Part shown: piece by piece, positions 58,912 to 64,000 of the stretch
How the letters are laid out: the number at the start of each line of letters is the position of its first letter
Position numbering within the stretch: the first letter of the stretch is position 1
Assembly (NCBI GenBank): GCA_963703955.1
Contig: CAVPGK010000026.1
Span: 29,119-93,118, forward strand
From: Nitrospirota bacterium
GTDB lineage: Bacteria > Nitrospirota > Nitrospiria > Nitrospirales > Nitrospiraceae
Direction of reading: 5' to 3'
DNA: 64,000 nucleotides
Program-made: the position numbers and the translations under genes
The notes under the pieces: generated by a model
Databases searched by the model: none
Seen by the model: only the letters and a program-made list of their open reading frames with translations
What the model was told of the DNA's origin: nothing

Positions 58912-59778
58912 ATGCCCGCTCTTCGCCTGGTCATCATCAGCGGTCTTTCCGGGTCAGGAAAATCACACGCCATTAAGTGCTTTGAAGATCTTGGGTTTTT
59001 TTGCGTCGATAACTTGCCGCCGGCCCTTCTCCCAAGGTTCGCGGAATTGTGCATGCAGCGCGGGCGAGACGTCCAAAACGTTGCGCTCGGCATGGACATT
59101 CGTGAACGTGAGTTCTTCGCCGACTTTTTCGGCAATCTGGATTCCTTGAAATCCCTCGGCTATTCGGTCCACCTGCTTTTCTTGGAGGCGCGGGATGAAA
59201 TTCTCGTGCGCCGGTTTTCTGAGTCACGCCGCCCGCATCCTCTTCTCCCTCAGTCTCCTGTTCTCGAAGGAGTGCGTGTTGAGCGCGAACGACTCATCGA
59301 GTTGCGCCGCCGGGCCGATCGGATTATCGACACATCCGATTTGACGGTGCACGAACTGAAGGATCTGTTGGCGCGGCATTATCTCCAACAGCTGGAGGGG
59401 AATCGCATCACGATTTCCTTGCTGACGTTCGGCTTCAAATTCGGAGTGCCGTATGATGTGGATCTCCTCTTCGACGTGCGGTTTCTGAAGAATCCGAATT
59501 TTGTCGCGGACCTCAAACATCTGACGGGCGAGGACGCGAGAGTGCAGTCCTTCGTCCTCGATGATCCCAACGCGAAAGTCTTTTTGGACCATCTCCAATC
59601 CCTCTTTAAATTTCTGTTGCCGCTCTTTGAGCGCGAACGGCGAAGCTATCTCACCATCGGCTTCGGCTGTACTGGCGGGCGCCACCGTTCAGTGGCCATC
59701 GCCACTTCCGTCAAAAGTGGCTTTGCGAGCCTCGGCTACGAAGTGGTCCTGCGTCATCGCGATCTTCAAAGAACGTGA
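58912..59778 (+). CDS. rapZ: RNase adapter RapZ/YvcJ-family P-loop protein
   Basis: GLSGSGKS, CVDNLP, SESRRPHPL, FDVRFL, GCTGGRHRSV. Confidence 0.95.
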   Translation: MPALRLVIISGLSGSGKSHAIKCFEDLGFFCVDNLPPALLPRFAELCMQRGRDVQNVALGMDIREREFFADFFGNLDSLKSLGYSVHLLFLEARDEILVRRFSESRRPHPLLPQSPVLEGVRVERERLIELRRRADRIIDTSDLTVHELKDLLARHYLQQLEGNRITISLLTFGFKFGVPYDVDLLFDVRFLKNPNFVADLKHLTGEDARVQSFVLDDPNAKVFLDHLQSLFKFLLPLFERERRSYLTIGFGCTGGRHRSVAIATSVKSGFASLGYEVVLRHRDLQRT

Positions 59779-59852
59779 GGCCTTGATCTAGCGAGCTTTA
59801 CGTTCTTTCACCTACCCGGTTTGCTCTTCCTCGTGACGCATGTTCCCCAAAC

Positions 59853-59880
59853 TTGACAGGTCAAATATATTGACTATACT
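59853..59880 (+). promoter_or_regulatory. Sigma-70 promoter with overlapping TTGAC/GTCAA dyads (candidate operator)
   Basis: TTGACA-N16-TATACT; TTGAC-AG-GTCAA and GTCAA-ATATA-TTGAC. Confidence 0.6.
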
Positions 59881-59933
59881 TAGTTCGATTGACAAAAGCA
59901 CTTATAAATCAATCACTTCAGGGAACGTGCTAC

Positions 59934-60143
59934 GTGAAGCTTGTGGATGCCGATCCGAAGAAGCGGTACAAGACATATGAGGTATGCAAACTATTTAACG
60001 TTTCTCGAGCCACACTGTTCCGGTGGGAGCGAGACGGACTTATTTCTGGACCGCTTCGCGATTGGCGAAATTGGCGGATCTACACGACGCAGAATATCAA
60101 AGAAATTACTCAAATCATCGAGGCCCGAAACATCACATTTTGA
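59934..60143 (+). CDS. Small stand-alone MerR-type HTH protein (BldC-like)
   Basis: YKTYEVCKLFNVSRATLFRWERDGLI...R...WRIY; no effector domain; GTG start inferred. Confidence 0.8.
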   Translation: MKLVDADPKKRYKTYEVCKLFNVSRATLFRWERDGLISGPLRDWRNWRIYTTQNIKEITQIIEARNITF

Positions 60144-60158
60144 GTGAGGAATTGAATC

Positions 60159-61268
60159 ATGTTTGGACCTGTCAAACGGTTGCTCGATCTCGACATTGGT
60201 TCAATGTTAAGTGCGAAAAAACAGCTCTTGGGACTCGATATCGGATCAAGCGCGATCAAGCTGGTTCAGATCAAGGAGGTGAAGGGAGCTTACTTCCTGC
60301 AGAAATTCGGCATCAAACCCTTAGAGCCCGAAGTCATCGTGGACGGGACCGTCATGGACGCCGGACGCGTCGTCACTGTCATCAAAGAGCTACTCCAAGA
60401 GGCCAACGTTAAGCTGAAGAACGTAGCGACGTCCATATCCGGGCATTCCGTGATCGTCAAGAAGATTACGTTGCCGCCAATGGCCGACGACGAGCTGGAA
60501 ACCCAAGTGAAACTGGCAGCCGAGCAATACATTCCCTTTGACATCAATGAAGTCAACCTCGATTTTCATGTGCTGAATCCGTCTGAACTCTCCGATGATG
60601 GCCAGCCGCAAATGTCTGTGCTGCTCGTCGCGGCTAAAAAGGACAAGGTCAATGAACTCACAGAATTGGTCAAAGGAGCGGGGCTGACACCGGTGGTGCT
60701 CGACGTGGACGCGTTTGCCGTCGAAAATATGTACGGCGTCAATTATGACCCGCAGCCCGAAGAAATGGTGGCGTTGGTGAACATAGGTGGAAGCGTAATG
60801 AATATCAATATTATGAAAGGCAATACCTCTTTGTTTACACGTGATATCTCCGTGGGGGGCAGCGGATATTCGGAAGCGATCCAGCGCGAGATGGGAGTCT
60901 CGTTCGAGGAGGCCGAGTCCATTAAGAAGGGCCATTCTCAGAGCGGTCAGAATGAAGCGGAGATCAGTAGTGTGCTCGATGGGGTCAACGCAGAAGTGGC
61001 TTCGGAAATTGCCAAGTCCATCGACTACTTCAAGACGACTTCCACGGAAGGAGATCTCACTAAGATCCTGCTGTCTGGTGGGTGCGCAAAGGTGACGGGT
61101 CTGGCGCGACAGCTAGGTGATCGAATGGGGCGCAATGTAGAGTTGGCGAATCCTTTCAATAGGATCGATACGACCGGTGCAGAGGTTCTTGGCGAATCAT
61201 TGTCCGATCTAGCTCCGATGGCAGCCGTGGGCGTGGGCTTGGCCATCAGGAGTATGGGTGATCGATGA
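60159..61268 (+). CDS. pilM: Type IV pilus assembly protein PilM
   Basis: GLDIGSSAIKLV, QYIPF, LLVAAKK, VLDVDAFA, LSGG. Confidence 0.95.
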   Translation: MFGPVKRLLDLDIGSMLSAKKQLLGLDIGSSAIKLVQIKEVKGAYFLQKFGIKPLEPEVIVDGTVMDAGRVVTVIKELLQEANVKLKNVATSISGHSVIVKKITLPPMADDELETQVKLAAEQYIPFDINEVNLDFHVLNPSELSDDGQPQMSVLLVAAKKDKVNELTELVKGAGLTPVVLDVDAFAVENMYGVNYDPQPEEMVALVNIGGSVMNINIMKGNTSLFTRDISVGGSGYSEAIQREMGVSFEEAESIKKGHSQSGQNEAEISSVLDGVNAEVASEIAKSIDYFKTTSTEGDLTKILLSGGCAKVTGLARQLGDRMGRNVELANPFNRIDTTGAEVLGESLSDLAPMAAVGVGLAIRSMGDR

Positions 61269-61816
61269 TCCGGATCAACCTTCTTCCAACCCCTCGTGCG
61301 AGGACGGTCAAGAGGCAGTGGGATGTCCGTCTCGAGGTGGCATGCGCAATCGGAGTCGTGCTGCTGACAGCCGGAGCCTGTGTCTTTTACGCTGATTTGC
61401 TCGATAGCGAGATTGAAGCGAAACAGGTGGAAAAGCAGGGCAAAGAAAAACAACTGGCGCTTCTGAAGGAAAAGGTCAAGCAGGTACAGGATTTTGAGCA
61501 AAGAAAGAAACTGCTCGAGGACAAGAATCGCGTGATCGATGAACTGGAGAAGTCTCGATCCGGTCCCGTCCGTGTGTTGGACTATGTCAGTCAAAGTCTC
61601 AATCCGCTTAATCTCTGGCTGACGCGGTTGAGCATGAAAGGCAATGAGATAGAACTGGAGGGACGGGCCTTGACCAACAATGATGTGGTGGAATTCGTCA
61701 ACAACCTTCGCGCGTCCGACTATTTCGGGAACATTCGATTGGTCGAGTCACGGTCAGGGGTTGAGTCGAAGGTGAGTGTCTACCAGTTTAAGCTCAACTT
61801 AACACTGAAGGCATAA
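61265..61816 (+). CDS. pilN: Type IV pilus assembly protein PilN
   Basis: MIRINLLP, TM segment, coiled coil. Confidence 0.92.
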   Translation: MIRINLLPTPRARTVKRQWDVRLEVACAIGVVLLTAGACVFYADLLDSEIEAKQVEKQGKEKQLALLKEKVKQVQDFEQRKKLLEDKNRVIDELEKSRSGPVRVLDYVSQSLNPLNLWLTRLSMKGNEIELEGRALTNNDVVEFVNNLRASDYFGNIRLVESRSGVESKVSVYQFKLNLTLKA

Positions 61817-61817
61817 C

Positions 61818-62429
61818 GTGGAACTTCCCAAGATCAATCTGGAACAGCTCAGGACCGTGTCACTGGCGCAAAAACTAGCTTTGCTGACGATTGTTGTCGT
61901 CGGCATCGGTGTCGCCTTCTATTACTACGTCGCGACTCCGAAGAACGAGGAGATTGCCAGGCTTCAAGAGGAAGTCGCCAAGCTGGATACGGAGGTGCAG
62001 GCCACGACCATTAAAGTCCAGCACCTCGATGAGTTGGTGGCGGCCAGTGATCAGCTCGAAAAGGAGTTGGCGAAGAAGAAAGAGCGACTTCCGCCACAAG
62101 AAGAGGCGGTCATGCTGCTCAAGCAGCTTTCGGATCTGGGAATTCGACTCGGGCTCGACATCAAACTTTGGAAGCCGGGAAATCAGGCGGACGATCCATC
62201 AAGGTTGTTTGTCAGGATGCCGGTGAGCGTCGAGGTAGCTGGGGGGTATCACACGGCGGCCATGTTCTTTGATCGAATCAATAAGCTGCCGCGGATCATC
62301 AATGTCTCGGATTTAAGGATGGGGTCCTCAAGAATCGAACAGGATCGCGTCATTATCCAGACTCTCTTTGAACTGACCGCGTTCGTCGCGCCGCCGGATG
62401 CGAAGCCTATGAACTCCGCCGCCAAATAG
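61818..62429 (+). CDS. pilO: Type IV pilus assembly protein PilO
   Basis: TM segment, coiled coil, LP..EE, GGYH..FFDRINKLPRIINV. Confidence 0.92.
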   Translation: MELPKINLEQLRTVSLAQKLALLTIVVVGIGVAFYYYVATPKNEEIARLQEEVAKLDTEVQATTIKVQHLDELVAASDQLEKELAKKKERLPPQEEAVMLLKQLSDLGIRLGLDIKLWKPGNQADDPSRLFVRMPVSVEVAGGYHTAAMFFDRINKLPRIINVSDLRMGSSRIEQDRVIIQTLFELTAFVAPPDAKPMNSAAK

Positions 62430-62450
62430 CAGTCGCGACGGCGCAAGCTG

Positions 62451-63104
62451 ATGATGGGAGTGCCAGTGATGACAGTCGGCAGCAGTAGAAAAATTTGGGT
62501 TCAACTCAGCGGTGGCATGATAGTGATCGCGTTCTGCGCCCTGGGGAACTCCTTCGTCGCTGGAGAAACAGCGGAAAAGCCTGTGACCGTCTCCATGCCG
62601 ACGGCCTCTCCCGGTCAGAAGATGCAGGAGCCCGCTGCTCCGTCATCCGCTCAGTCGCCGACCTCCTTGTCCTCAGGGGCGGATTCTGGAATGCCAGCTC
62701 TGGGATCAGCCGAACCGAATCCACTTCCGCTGCTCCCCGCTGTTCCCGGGGAGTATTCCTACAACGCATCGGGAAGGAGGGAACCGTTCGCCGCAATAGT
62801 AAAGGACGGACGCTTGCCAGGAGAAGAGAATCATAACCTGCCTCCACTTCAACAGATCAGTCTCACTGAGTTGAATCTCATCGGTATTATCTGGGGTGGA
62901 TTCGGCTACAGCGCCATGGTTCAGGCACCCGATGGGAAAGGCTATACAGTTCGCCAAGGAACGCGCATCGGACCGAACAATGGTACGGTCAGCTCAATCA
63001 CGGAGAATGCTGTCATCGTGCACGAACGGTTCACGGATGTCTACGGCAACAAGCAGGTGCGTGAGTACGTTAAGCTCCTGCATGCAAAAGAGGGCTCAGA
63101 ATGA
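62451..63104 (+). CDS. pilP: Type IV pilus assembly protein PilP (start uncertain)
   Basis: Y...RREPF, PLQQ, LIGII, AMVQAPDGKGYTV..G..IG.N.G. Confidence 0.88.
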   Translation: MMGVPVMTVGSSRKIWVQLSGGMIVIAFCALGNSFVAGETAEKPVTVSMPTASPGQKMQEPAAPSSAQSPTSLSSGADSGMPALGSAEPNPLPLLPAVPGEYSYNASGRREPFAAIVKDGRLPGEENHNLPPLQQISLTELNLIGIIWGGFGYSAMVQAPDGKGYTVRQGTRIGPNNGTVSSITENAVIVHERFTDVYGNKQVREYVKLLHAKEGSE

Positions 63105-64000
63105 AAGTACGACGCATATCGCCGATCATGGTATTGTCGATCCTGGTGCTGCAGGGTGTTCTCACCTGCATGCCTGCTCCTTCTTCAAGTCTTGCGGGTC
63201 CCCCCGAGTTCACGGCCTTGGATCGCATCGGGGTGACCGACCTTGGAGATCGACTGCGTGTCGAAATTGAGGGTGGGAGGCCTCTTGCCTACTCTCTCTC
63301 GACTGGCGTCGCTCCCGCCAGCGTGACAGTGGAATTGCCTGGCCTATCCAAGGGAACCGGGCTTGGGATCATGGACATCAACAAACCGCCTATTTTGCAA
63401 ATGGTTCCCCGTGATGTGGCGAAGCCGAGGTCGGCGGTTCAATTGGTCTTTCTGTTGACCAACAGTGTCAAGCCGGAGCTCCATAACGAAGGAACTCGAT
63501 TGGTGATCGACTTCCCCAAGAATCAGACGGATCAGTCGGCAGGCGATTCGGTGAGCGCGAATCGACAGGAAGATGACACAGCGCCGGCCGGTAAGTCGGC
63601 GGCGCCACAGGCTGAAGAGTCCACAAGAGTATCGGAGTCACCGGCCAAGACGATGACGAAAGTCGAAATCCAGAAGGGGGCCGGTGAAGCGACGGTCGTG
63701 CTGGTGGGAGACGGAGATTTCAGTTACGATGCCCGGCGGTTGAGCAAAGATCGTCTGGTTATCGATTTACCCAAAGTGGCCTCCACGCTCACGTCTTCTG
63801 TGCTTCCCGTGGACCATGCCCTCCTCAAGCAAATTCGAATCGGTCATCATACCAAGAAGATCCGATTGGTGTTCGACCTGTCCAGTTCGACCGCGTATTC
63901 CATTAAGACGGGCCGGAACCAGCTTGCAGTTTGGCTGACGTCTCGGGCCGTGCCGGAGGCCACGGGTGCGGCGTCCTCACCCGTGCACGCACAAGGCCAA
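63101..64000 (+). CDS. pilQ: Type IV pilus secretin PilQ, N-terminal AMIN-like domains (runs off window)
   Basis: Not in ORF track. Open frame from ATG 63101 with signal peptide; RLVIDF, RLVIDL, QIRIGHH, IRLVFDL; position after pilP. Confidence 0.82.
   Translation, partial: MKVRRISPIMVLSILVLQGVLTCMPAPSSSLAGPPEFTALDRIGVTDLGDRLRVEIEGGRPLAYSLSTGVAPASVTVELPGLSKGTGLGIMDINKPPILQMVPRDVAKPRSAVQLVFLLTNSVKPELHNEGTRLVIDFPKNQTDQSAGDSVSANRQEDDTAPAGKSAAPQAEESTRVSESPAKTMTKVEIQKGAGEATVVLVGDGDFSYDARRLSKDRLVIDLPKVASTLTSSVLPVDHALLKQIRIGHHTKKIRLVFDLSSSTAYSIKTGRNQLAVWLTSRAVPEATGAASSPVHAQGQ

Overview
GC-rich core chromosomal segment, most likely from a Nitrospirota (Nitrospira-like) bacterium. This is an inference from gene content, the atypical EF-Tu switch I, HEAT-repeat proteins and repeat style; no search was run. 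Layout: (1) 1-15.1 kb, glycogen/trehalose genes (treY, glgC, glgB, treZ, DUF2934-like, glgX, glgP) interrupted by rlpA and two HEAT-repeat genes. (2) 15.2-19.3 kb, a hypothetical gene, a UvrD-type helicase and an HExxH protein. (3) 19.4-54.6 kb, one contiguous + strand block: tRNA-Tyr/Gly/Thr, tuf, rpmG, tRNA-Trp, secE, nusG, rplKA, rplJ-rplL, rpoBC, then the str, S10, spc and alpha clusters. (4) 54.8-64 kb, lptCAB-rpoN-hpf-rapZ, then a small MerR/BldC-like HTH gene heading pilMNOPQ. Main oddities: rplJ and rplL form one stop-free ORF with an internal SD+ATG at the L7/L12 start; modular, nested stem-loop/MITE-like repeats occupy spacers of the translation block; both EF-Tu copies have a non-canonical switch I yet differ from each other by roughly 9%; the pil promoter carries overlapping TTGAC/GTCAA repeats. 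Single-base indels in glgB, glgX, the second tuf, rplV and rplP are most likely sequencing errors, so any single-base claim needs read-level checking.
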